This document shows, one piece after another, positions 20,720-29,294 of a DNA stretch of 64,000 bases (the first letter of the stretch is position 1; each line of letters starts with the position of its first letter). Source of the stretch: Myxococcota bacterium (GTDB lineage: Bacteria; Myxococcota_A; SURF-8); contig OZ223209.1 of assembly GCA_965140415.1 (NCBI GenBank), forward strand, positions 2,112,001-2,176,000. The letters run 5' to 3'. A program made the position numbers and the translations under genes. The notes under the pieces are model-generated. The model was not told the DNA's origin. It did not search any database and saw nothing but the letters and a program-made list of their open reading frames with translations.

Positions 20720-23335
20720 ATGAAAAGTATTTTCTTCATTTCTCTTGCAATATTAGTTCTAAACGGATGCAGCTCATCATTATCAACATCCTCACATTAT
20801 TCAGATGGAGATGAATGTTCTACAGGCTCACTCGGTTGCCCCTGTTACGGTAACGGCACCTGTGATAATGACCTCTCCTGCGTGGACGACACTTGTGTAG
20901 ATCCGACAAACCTTGATGGTGATCTGGATTATGATCATGAATCCTATGCCGATGCTGAGAATGTATTAGACAGTGATACCGATAATCTACTGTGTGTGAG
21001 TGGAGAATGTTGTCAAGACGGCCTCCCTGTACCAACTGGTGAACCCTGTCTTACCGGGCAGGATTCATTAGATTGTACCGATGATGTTTGCAATGCCAAT
21101 CATGCCTGTGTTCACAACCTGCAAGAAGGAAAATGTCTGATTCAAAATATCTGTTATGACTCCAACGAGGATAATCCATCGAATTTCTGTCAATATTGTG
21201 ATCCGTTGGACAATCCCAACGAATGGCAGAATAAACAGGATTCTCTTTCCTGTGATGATGGGGATCATTGCTCAACAGCTAGCGTATGTCAGAACGGATT
21301 TTGTACCGCTACAGAATGGGTGGAGAATGATTGTTCTGTATATATGGAATGCGGTCTAAGCCCCTCCGGTTGTTATAACTGCGGAACTTGCGATGCGGAA
21401 ACACAGATTTGTTGGGAGTGTGATTCAACGATTCAATCGTGCTGGCCAGGAGAGGGAATCGATACACAGGTTTGTGCACCAGACAAAGGAGGATCGTGTG
21501 GGGATATGAGTGGCTTGCAGGAAGGGAGCCCTTGGCCGATGTGGACAGGAAGCCCAACCAACCAGTCCCGGTCTTTATTTGTTGGTCCACAAACCCCTGT
21601 TCTTAAATGGGTTCTTTCATCAGATCAATGTGATAATTGCTATCGAAGCACAGTTATTGGAAATGATGGAACTTTGTACTCAAACCTAAATGATTTATAT
21701 GCACTGAATCCCAACGGTACTGTAAAATGGGTTTATTCGTTTGATTCTATTTCCGCAACATGTCCAGCAATAGCTGCAAACGGGGATATTTTAGCGGCTC
21801 AACCGGGAGAGATAGTTTCCGTATCGAGATTTGGAAAATTAAATTGGTCGTTTTCTGCAGGAGGCGATCATGCTGCTGGGATATCTATTGGTGAGGATGG
21901 AACAGTTTATGCCTGTGGTGGTGGAGGCAGCTCAAATATTTATGCCATTTACCCTGATGGTTCAGAAAGATGGACATACAACACAGGTGGACATACATGG
22001 GGAGTTCCTGTACTTTCCCCTGATGGAACCATTTATACAACTACACAAAGCCACAATCGAATTATTGCATTGAATCTAGACGGAGAACGTATTTGGCAAA
22101 GGGACAACGATGGATATTCCCATCTCGTTTCGCTTGGGTATGATGGAACAATATACTCGCCTCAAGCTGGAGGTATATTAAGGGCTTTGGAACCCGGGAA
22201 TGGTGATACAAAATGGATTACTCGATTAGAAGAAAGTCCTGGTGGACTTGGAGCAATAGGAAATGATGGAACAATCTATTCGGCAACGAGAAACGGTGGG
22301 GGAATGTACGCCATTCATCCCGATGGACAAATTAAATGGAAAAATGAAGAGTTAAAGGATGCCTATTCCTCGATAAGTGTAGACTCTGATGGCAATTCCT
22401 ATGTAGGCACTCAAGAGGGAAAAATTTATGTTTTCGATGTTGCGGGTAATACCAAGTGGTCCTATCAGACAGAGGCCCCCATTCGAAGCATACCTTCTAT
22501 TGATATGGAAGGAACTCTCTATTTTTCAAACGATAGGGCTTTATATGCATTCCAAGACGGTTGCACTCCCAACGAATCATGGTGTGGTGCGGACAACCTC
22601 TATACCTGTAACGAAACCGGGGATGGCTTGGCTGGCGATCCGGTAGATTGTCCCGGTGGATGCAACTGGGGAAGTTGCATGGATAAAGGGTCTATGCTTT
22701 CAGAAATTCGATATCACGGAGCAAGCATTCCCGTTTCCGATTCCATTGGATTTGACAGTCTGAATTTGACGATAGAATTTTGGCTGAAAACCGGATACCC
22801 CAAAACAATTCTTTACAAGGGCGAATATTTCAGAGACTCAACCAATTACACGGTTCGATTGCTAGATTGTGCCGATGATGATTCTTGTAATCTATTCTTT
22901 GGGATGCGTTACGAAGGGGTTGACTATTCATGGAGGGCACCGGTAGAAAAAGACCAAACGGTCTGGAGACATTTTGCTGTTGTGGCTGACAATGAAAGTC
23001 AGAGTCTGAAAATGTTTATGAATGGTAGTGAGCTTACATTAACCGAGTTTCCTGAAAACTGGCCAGCAGGTATGCTTCGAACAAACGAGGCACTAAAGAT
23101 AAATATGCTGGAAGGAATTTACTATATCGACGAACTCCGTATTTCCGATGTCCCACGCTATTCAGAGAATTTCATTCCACCCCTACGTCATGTACCGGAT
23201 GGCAATACCCAATTGCTACTTCACTTTGATGAGGGCACGGGGGATGTAGTCCACGATTCTTCTCCCTATGAGAACCACGGAGAATTGACAGGCAGTGCTT
23301 CTTGGTCGGAGGATGTACCGGGTGGTACGAGATGA
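20720..23335 (+). CDS. Lipoprotein: Cys-rich repeats, PQQ-like beta-propeller, LamG-like domain
   Basis: MKSIFF..VLNGC lipobox; CDDGD-type Cys repeats; repeated (D)GTIY...LYA..P.G..KW blades; LTIEFW, WRHFAVV, IDELRIS, LHFDEG. Confidence 0.82.
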   Translation: MKSIFFISLAILVLNGCSSSLSTSSHYSDGDECSTGSLGCPCYGNGTCDNDLSCVDDTCVDPTNLDGDLDYDHESYADAENVLDSDTDNLLCVSGECCQDGLPVPTGEPCLTGQDSLDCTDDVCNANHACVHNLQEGKCLIQNICYDSNEDNPSNFCQYCDPLDNPNEWQNKQDSLSCDDGDHCSTASVCQNGFCTATEWVENDCSVYMECGLSPSGCYNCGTCDAETQICWECDSTIQSCWPGEGIDTQVCAPDKGGSCGDMSGLQEGSPWPMWTGSPTNQSRSLFVGPQTPVLKWVLSSDQCDNCYRSTVIGNDGTLYSNLNDLYALNPNGTVKWVYSFDSISATCPAIAANGDILAAQPGEIVSVSRFGKLNWSFSAGGDHAAGISIGEDGTVYACGGGGSSNIYAIYPDGSERWTYNTGGHTWGVPVLSPDGTIYTTTQSHNRIIALNLDGERIWQRDNDGYSHLVSLGYDGTIYSPQAGGILRALEPGNGDTKWITRLEESPGGLGAIGNDGTIYSATRNGGGMYAIHPDGQIKWKNEELKDAYSSISVDSDGNSYVGTQEGKIYVFDVAGNTKWSYQTEAPIRSIPSIDMEGTLYFSNDRALYAFQDGCTPNESWCGADNLYTCNETGDGLAGDPVDCPGGCNWGSCMDKGSMLSEIRYHGASIPVSDSIGFDSLNLTIEFWLKTGYPKTILYKGEYFRDSTNYTVRLLDCADDDSCNLFFGMRYEGVDYSWRAPVEKDQTVWRHFAVVADNESQSLKMFMNGSELTLTEFPENWPAGMLRTNEALKINMLEGIYYIDELRISDVPRYSENFIPPLRHVPDGNTQLLLHFDEGTGDVVHDSSPYENHGELTGSASWSEDVPGGTR

Positions 23336-23486
23336 AATCAGATGCCGCCCTGTTAAAAATCAAAATCCTGAGTTGCGTACAATCCTTGGAACCCGCAACT
23401 CAGCTACCAAGTATCAGATACTTACATCCCCAGATCATGCCCATAGGCGTAGGATGAGTTGCGTCTTTCACATTCTTACTTGAAAT

Positions 23487-24104
23487 CTAACAGGTGATGG
23501 ACTGTACAGCAGTCAGAATGTCATCGGTCGTAGGATGCGTATAGATCGCCGTTGTCGAGGGAGAGGAATGTCGAACAGCGCTTTGTACGAGGCGTAGATC
23601 CCCGGTAGCTCTCCATAAGGCTGTGGCGTATGTGTGCCTAAGGGCATGAAAATTATGAATCCGGTCAAATCCAGATCTCTTCTGCCATCTATGAAACATA
23701 TGCTGGATAGTCCTGACACTGATACGTCCACCGGATTTCTTGCTAGCAGGACCGCCGCCTCTTGATAGAAACAGCGGAGCATTGGGTTCAAGACTCTCAC
23801 CGATGGCTCTCTTATAGGTAATGTACCTTGAAACTTTCCTTCTCAGGCGATCAGGCAGGGCAATCACACCGCCCTTGTTGCCTTTGGTAATCTCCGGTCT
23901 GAGGTTCCAGATACCCCGGACGCCCTTCCCGTTAAGCACATCCCCGATGTTGAGACCTACGATCTCACTCACCCGTAATCCACAGCCTAAAGCAATACTC
24001 AGGATTATATGGTCCCTTATATCAGCCTCAGCCCTTCCGGTTGCCTGCAAGAGAGCCTTTACCTCGGCATCCGTCAATGTGCTTGGTGTTTGGGTATGTC
24101 TCAT
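23487..24104 (-). CDS. Small tyrosine recombinase (catalytic domain only)
   Basis: 205 aa; GLRVSE, TKG, HALRH, RHSS, AIY. Confidence 0.88.
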   Translation of the reverse strand: MRHTQTPSTLTDAEVKALLQATGRAEADIRDHIILSIALGCGLRVSEIVGLNIGDVLNGKGVRGIWNLRPEITKGNKGGVIALPDRLRRKVSRYITYKRAIGESLEPNAPLFLSRGGGPASKKSGGRISVRTIQHMFHRWQKRSGFDRIHNFHALRHTYATALWRATGDLRLVQSAVRHSSPSTTAIYTHPTTDDILTAVQSITC

Positions 24105-24340
24105 GTGCTGCCTTTCAGATGATCCCTCTATATATAGTTACACCAATATACTCACAATTTAAAGTATTATTTTAAAGCCATACACCAATAGCTCGTAACC
24201 GCAGGGTAAACCCAATGATCGGGGACCCGACCCCCAAAATCACCAATTTAGTCTCCACCCATTTTCTCTCTATCGATTTTGAAACGGTCCCCACCATCGG
24301 TATAGGCTTTATAGGAATGGTCTTGATAGGAGGTACTATT

Positions 24341-24658
24341 ATGTCAGAATACCGCAGCATAAAGAGTCAGGAAAAGTTGGACAGAATCCTGCATGACCTT
24401 TTTGATTTTATCCGCAATGAACCCGATAAGACCCGTCAATCATTTGTATCATGGCTAGTAAAGGAACTCGGATTCAGGTTCGATATGGATGTAAAAGTCA
24501 TGCCACCACAGGACATCAGCAAGCTGATAACATACCAGCGAAACACACTCTGGACTTTCAAATCCCTGTTGGAGAACCCGGCCATGCGGGGACAAGCATA
24601 CGAGCAAATCCATGAGCTTCTGCATGATTTGCTAAACTACATGCAGAGGAATCGGTAA
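24341..24658 (+). CDS. Hypothetical protein
   Basis: AGGAGG RBS before MSEYRS; 105 aa. Confidence 0.6.
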   Translation: MSEYRSIKSQEKLDRILHDLFDFIRNEPDKTRQSFVSWLVKELGFRFDMDVKVMPPQDISKLITYQRNTLWTFKSLLENPAMRGQAYEQIHELLHDLLNYMQRNR

Positions 24659-24869
24659 AACGAACTCTCTCCACTCTTGACAGAGCTTTCCTGTGAACTT
24701 AGAAACAATACAATCTGCTTATAATATCCCCCTCGGAAAACACTTGAAACATTAAGGTCTTATCCGACAAGGATGGCTTTTTACTCAATATTGTGCTATC
24801 TTGACCCTAGATGATCTGAGACATTTTTGCTGTAATTCAATCAATTTAATCGGGGTGGAGACGGTTGAT

Positions 24870-26510
24870 ATGCCTAAAACTTCGAAATCCAATGCGAAAG
24901 TAAAGTCAACGGGAACCAAGCAAGACAAGATCGTAACTCCCAAATCTCGTACAAGCGCTTGTATCAACTTTCCAAGTCCCGATAGATACGCAGCAAAAGC
25001 AGCGAGAGTAATCATCCGCATAGAAGAGATTGCTGAAAAAAGCAGCATGTCAAAAGCACTGGAAATCGGTCGTTTTCTATTGGACGAATATTTTGGGGGA
25101 TCGGTCCAAAAATACAAGCAACGGGTGAAAAAAGCGGATTCCGCAAGCAATATTCAGTTTGATTATCTACTGTCCCTACCGAAACTCCAGGCGATTGGCT
25201 TGTCTCCTGTAACGTTGCGAAACTACATCAAAGTCGCTGGATATTATCCTGATTATCCGAAAGGAATTCGAGAGAACCTCCCCCTCGGAATTCAACAGGA
25301 ACTGGCGAGGATTACAAACAAACAAAAGCGCTTGGCTCTTGCAAAACGTGCGGTTGAAGAGAACTGGACATTTAGAAAAGCCAAACAAATTATAAGTGGT
25401 GAAAACGAAAACCATCGAGGCGGGGAAACAACCAATAGGGAATTCGATTTGGATTCCATCGACAAAATGATGCTCCGAATATGGGATAAATTGATATCTA
25501 CACAGAATGAACAATTACTCTCCGAAGCGCTTGGCAGAATAACCTTGCTCAATAAGCAGTTGCAGGGGGGACAACAGGTTTTATTGCATTCCTCTCCAAT
25601 CATTTTGAAATCCCAACCTCCAAAGAACAAACTTCCCATACCGTTCAGCTATTTCGGGGGAAAAAGCAAGGTCTGTAATTACTTGATTGATTGTATTAAA
25701 AGCTACTACGAGAAAACAGGAAAGGATTGGAAACTTTGTGAGGTCTTCGCTGGTGGTTTCTCTGTCTCTCAAGCAGCATTGGCTGATGGCTTTGTTGATA
25801 AGGTCTGGCTTAATGACCGAGATCCCCTCAATCAAGCATTTGTGAATTCCATTTACTATGACCATGAAAGATTGATCGAGGCTGTGTTGGCGGTCGAGGT
25901 GACCCACGAAACGCTCAGAGATAAAAGACTAGCCTTGAAAACAGGACTCTATGACAGCTGGTATTACGACGAATCACATGTTTACGACGAAGTGGTTTCA
26001 AGACTCATCATGTGGGAATGCAATATTATGAGCAAACCCGAAGGAATAACCTGGCAGGAGGGAGATCCTTCCAGATGGAATCCTGAACGAGTAGCAAATA
26101 GCATCGAGAAATTGCATTATATGCTACAGGGGCATATCGATGGAAGAGAGATTTCAGGTAGGGATTTTCGAGATATCCTTTTAGGAGACGCAATGAAAGG
26201 GAACCAAGATCTTTTTTTGTATCTTGATCCTCCATATATCCGATCCAAGTACCGACAGTATAAACACAATCTAACGGATGAGGACCATAAAACACTGGCG
26301 AGTATTCTCAATAAGGTCAAAGCCCCTTGGTTGATGACCATAGACGACCATCCAATGGTCGCCTATCTGTACCATCTCAATCACCGCGTGGAATGGATAA
26401 AAAACCGGGGAGAATATTGGATATGCTCTGGTTTGCATGAAAGCATTCTGGATCCAATTCTGAAATATGCTCAAATAAGTGAGGAGTCACCAGAATCGGG
26501 AGTGGCGTAA
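24870..26510 (+). CDS. Dam/D12-class N6-adenine DNA methyltransferase with ~250 aa N-terminal extension
   Basis: PFSYFGGKS, EVFAGG (motif I), LND, DFRDI, YLDPPY (motif IV). Confidence 0.85.
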   Translation: MPKTSKSNAKVKSTGTKQDKIVTPKSRTSACINFPSPDRYAAKAARVIIRIEEIAEKSSMSKALEIGRFLLDEYFGGSVQKYKQRVKKADSASNIQFDYLLSLPKLQAIGLSPVTLRNYIKVAGYYPDYPKGIRENLPLGIQQELARITNKQKRLALAKRAVEENWTFRKAKQIISGENENHRGGETTNREFDLDSIDKMMLRIWDKLISTQNEQLLSEALGRITLLNKQLQGGQQVLLHSSPIILKSQPPKNKLPIPFSYFGGKSKVCNYLIDCIKSYYEKTGKDWKLCEVFAGGFSVSQAALADGFVDKVWLNDRDPLNQAFVNSIYYDHERLIEAVLAVEVTHETLRDKRLALKTGLYDSWYYDESHVYDEVVSRLIMWECNIMSKPEGITWQEGDPSRWNPERVANSIEKLHYMLQGHIDGREISGRDFRDILLGDAMKGNQDLFLYLDPPYIRSKYRQYKHNLTDEDHKTLASILNKVKAPWLMTIDDHPMVAYLYHLNHRVEWIKNRGEYWICSGLHESILDPILKYAQISEESPESGVA

Positions 26511-26512
26511 TG

Positions 26513-27334
26513 CTAAATACATAATTCCCATTCACATTCTTGACTATCCAGTATATTCGCTGCAAGTTGAAAACGGATTAGCCAGTCAATGTGTTCTTGA
26601 TTTAGAAATTGAAATTCCTCCTTAAAAGTAAATCTCTGATCTAAAACCGAAGATATTTCTCGTGAAGACGTTACAATTTGAAGTTCAAATAGCCCAAGGT
26701 TGTCTATATTAATTACGAAATGAACAGCTCGATAGGGATCCTGATGATAACGAGATCTTGGATTGAAATAATAGTTTCGACACCGTGAAATGTAATCAAT
26801 ATCGTGCATCCAGATAGAAACGCTCAAATCCAATAAAGCTTGAAGAGATGGAACAACAATTCGATATCGTACTAAATCCCAGAACGGAATCACAAATTCT
26901 CGTATCTGATCGGGAATCCGGTTACCTTTAAATTTCTTTGCTACTGATTCTGCGGATTTTAAACCACCATACCAGCAAACTATTGCTTCTCTAGGAACAT
27001 ATCCAATGTATGATTCAACCCGCTGATGAGCGGCTCTATCAACCTCACGGCGATGGTCCATATCGTACAACATATTCAACCATATTCTCGAATATGAGCA
27101 TAGAGGCTTCATTCCCACTTCTTGGACTCGTACAAACTGTCGTCTAACTCTATCCGTTTCATGAGCATGGATTGAATTAAGGATTTCCGTATTTTGTTCT
27201 GCTGTTTTGTCAATCATCAAAGCACGATGAAAGAATTCTTCGCGCCTTATTGGCGATCTTCCTTCCAATAACTCGCTGAAATTGTAATCTTTTGTTTCCA
27301 GGAGTTTCAAATGATTTCGTAAGTAGCTTTTCAT
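26513..27334 (-). CDS. Single-domain RelA/SpoT-like synthetase (SAS-like), divergent
   Basis: LKSAESVAKK, DLVRYRIVV, YRAVH, FELQIVT in the order and spacing of RelA/SpoT synthetase motifs. Confidence 0.75.
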   Translation of the reverse strand: MKSYLRNHLKLLETKDYNFSELLEGRSPIRREEFFHRALMIDKTAEQNTEILNSIHAHETDRVRRQFVRVQEVGMKPLCSYSRIWLNMLYDMDHRREVDRAAHQRVESYIGYVPREAIVCWYGGLKSAESVAKKFKGNRIPDQIREFVIPFWDLVRYRIVVPSLQALLDLSVSIWMHDIDYISRCRNYYFNPRSRYHQDPYRAVHFVINIDNLGLFELQIVTSSREISSVLDQRFTFKEEFQFLNQEHIDWLIRFQLAANILDSQECEWELCI

Positions 27335-27346
27335 GAGTTTTAATAT

Positions 27347-28252
27347 TTACGATAATTTCCCTTTTAATTTAAGTACATGCTCAACTCTAGGAACCAAACT
27401 TATTAGCGTAATTCTCTCTCCCATCACACGCATACGTAAAAAACCTTGATACATTAGCGTTTTCGCTCGGTAATACAGTTCATCTGCAATCATTTCAGTT
27501 ACGGGGCCTTGATTAATCATTCCTATAGATAGGTTTATTCGCTCAAGCAGGTCATCAACCGAAATCTCATCTCCTTCTGCTTGGCTATTGATGAGCTTTA
27601 TAATTTGTCTTTGGGTTCCAGTCATATCGCTCCATAGTTCGAGAATAATTCTTTCGTATTGCGGGTCATCAACTTTTGGAATTCTGAGAGTGGAATAGGA
27701 ATCGTGATAATTCGGTTCCGGCACCTCGGGAACTTTGACAGTGGAGACCAAGTGCCAAATCGATTTGGCGAAAGTTTCGAGTTTATCACGTCCATCTATT
27801 CCTGTATTTGTTCTTCCCCTCATTTGGTGCCAATCCAGGTATAATCTTGAAAGTAGATCTTCCTTCCATGTCTTAACATCATCACCACAAAATCCTTCAG
27901 TATTATTCACATCTATATAAAGTATGGGTAATATCAAATCGGATCTTCCTATTAATCTCTCTTGTTCTCTAAACCACAAGTATTCCTTATGACACCAATC
28001 ACTTTGAAAGTAGGTTGGAGAAAGAATTGGTACCATGCAACAACTTGTACTGATAAGGTGATGGATCCTAGTTTCTAGGTTTTGACCGTGTCTAACATTG
28101 AGACTGTCAATCATTAGATTTATTCTAGAACCGTGCAGCACTTCGATTGCTTTATGCAATCGATTCCTTAGGCTAGTTATCTCATTCTTATCATAGTCAT
28201 CAGCTGTCCTAGAATAACTCCAAAAAACCGAACCGAATTTTGGGGTATCCAT
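27347..28252 (-). CDS. TIR-domain protein with C-terminal winged-helix-like domain
   Basis: VFWSYSR, VPILSPTYFQSDWCHKE (catalytic Glu), ILPILY; C-terminal MTGTQRQIIK...ELYYRAKTLMYQGFL; AGGAGG RBS before ATG 28252. Confidence 0.85.
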   Translation of the reverse strand: MDTPKFGSVFWSYSRTADDYDKNEITSLRNRLHKAIEVLHGSRINLMIDSLNVRHGQNLETRIHHLISTSCCMVPILSPTYFQSDWCHKEYLWFREQERLIGRSDLILPILYIDVNNTEGFCGDDVKTWKEDLLSRLYLDWHQMRGRTNTGIDGRDKLETFAKSIWHLVSTVKVPEVPEPNYHDSYSTLRIPKVDDPQYERIILELWSDMTGTQRQIIKLINSQAEGDEISVDDLLERINLSIGMINQGPVTEMIADELYYRAKTLMYQGFLRMRVMGERITLISLVPRVEHVLKLKGKLS

Positions 28253-28265
28253 CAGCGCCCTCCTC

Positions 28266-29189
28266 TTAACATTTCGCAGCATATTTTAAAGTATGAATAA
28301 ACAGTTTGTGCTGAACTAACTTAAGATCTCTCAGTAATGATGGATAAGGCATGTCACAATCATTAGGCCTAATTGACGAATGGATTGTGCAATTTCTATT
28401 TGCGACCTGTGCTATCACCTCTGTTTTGTCGATAACAGCACGCAGAGCAACGGCAGTCTTCTCTAGATGTTTCACATAGTTGATTTTTAATGGAGAATTC
28501 CACAATCTAGCTCGTAACCATCTGTAGATCGTCCTTACTAACTCAAATTGAACAGAACCACCAGGGCCATGCTTTGGATCTGAAAAGGACTGGTCAGATA
28601 AAGCCCACCAACCATGTAAATACCTATCTAACTCTAATAGTTTGTTAAGATGCATAGGAACGGTATTCAGCATGGCTTTGTCAACTATCCTACAAAACTG
28701 ACTATATAATAAAGTATCCCCATCTGCAAGTTTACTGTTGGCGACGATCTGCCAAATTCTTCCATCAAGACAATCCTTTTCTAAACTCTTGACATCATAA
28801 AACAATACTGAAACTTTGCGATCTAATAAGTTGCTTAATTGTATCTTAATTTTGTTTCGCAATTCATCAGAATACAGTGGAGGAATCATATGAACGCCAA
28901 CTAAATCGATATCAGAATAATGTGATGGTGTCCCACGGGAGTATGAACCTGACAACAAAATAGTAATACTGTAGTTAACACATAAGCGTTTTATCTCAAG
29001 TGAAATTGCTTGTTGGGCTGATGCCAACAATGGTGCTACGATTCCATTGAAAAGAATAATGGCTTCTTTATAATAGCTATAATCGACAATTCTTTGTATT
29101 GTGGCTTGTACATGTGTAGAATTGAAAGAATTTTCTGAAAGGATCTGTGAAACATCTTGTTTTAAAGTGAGTTGGCAATTTTCGCCCAT
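28266..29189 (-). CDS. Pol-beta-superfamily nucleotidyltransferase, GlnD/GlnE/DUF294-like
   Basis: LSGSYSRG-x5-SDIDL signature; LADGD; DPKHGPGG..FE resembling the GlnD/GlnE KxxxGG motif. Confidence 0.75.
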   Translation of the reverse strand: MGENCQLTLKQDVSQILSENSFNSTHVQATIQRIVDYSYYKEAIILFNGIVAPLLASAQQAISLEIKRLCVNYSITILLSGSYSRGTPSHYSDIDLVGVHMIPPLYSDELRNKIKIQLSNLLDRKVSVLFYDVKSLEKDCLDGRIWQIVANSKLADGDTLLYSQFCRIVDKAMLNTVPMHLNKLLELDRYLHGWWALSDQSFSDPKHGPGGSVQFELVRTIYRWLRARLWNSPLKINYVKHLEKTAVALRAVIDKTEVIAQVANRNCTIHSSIRPNDCDMPYPSLLRDLKLVQHKLFIHTLKYAAKC

Positions 29190-29294
29190 GTTAATATCCT
29201 AAAACACTCGGAAGATCTGTTTAATACCAGAAACAGGCAATTCAACTAGTGGTCAAAAAGAATGCTCATCACCAATATCAATTAGTTAGCTAAT

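Noticed and set aside
23368-23403. 10-bp inverted repeat CTGAGTTGCG-N16-CGCAACTCAG as an attC-like site
   Set aside because: Single copy, no integron R-box pattern; more simply a terminator-like hairpin between convergent genes
28266-29189. CBASS assignment for the NTase plus TIR pair
   Set aside because: The NTase has GlnD/GlnE-like features, and the TIR partner has no SAVED or STING domain that I can recognise; profile searches are still needed
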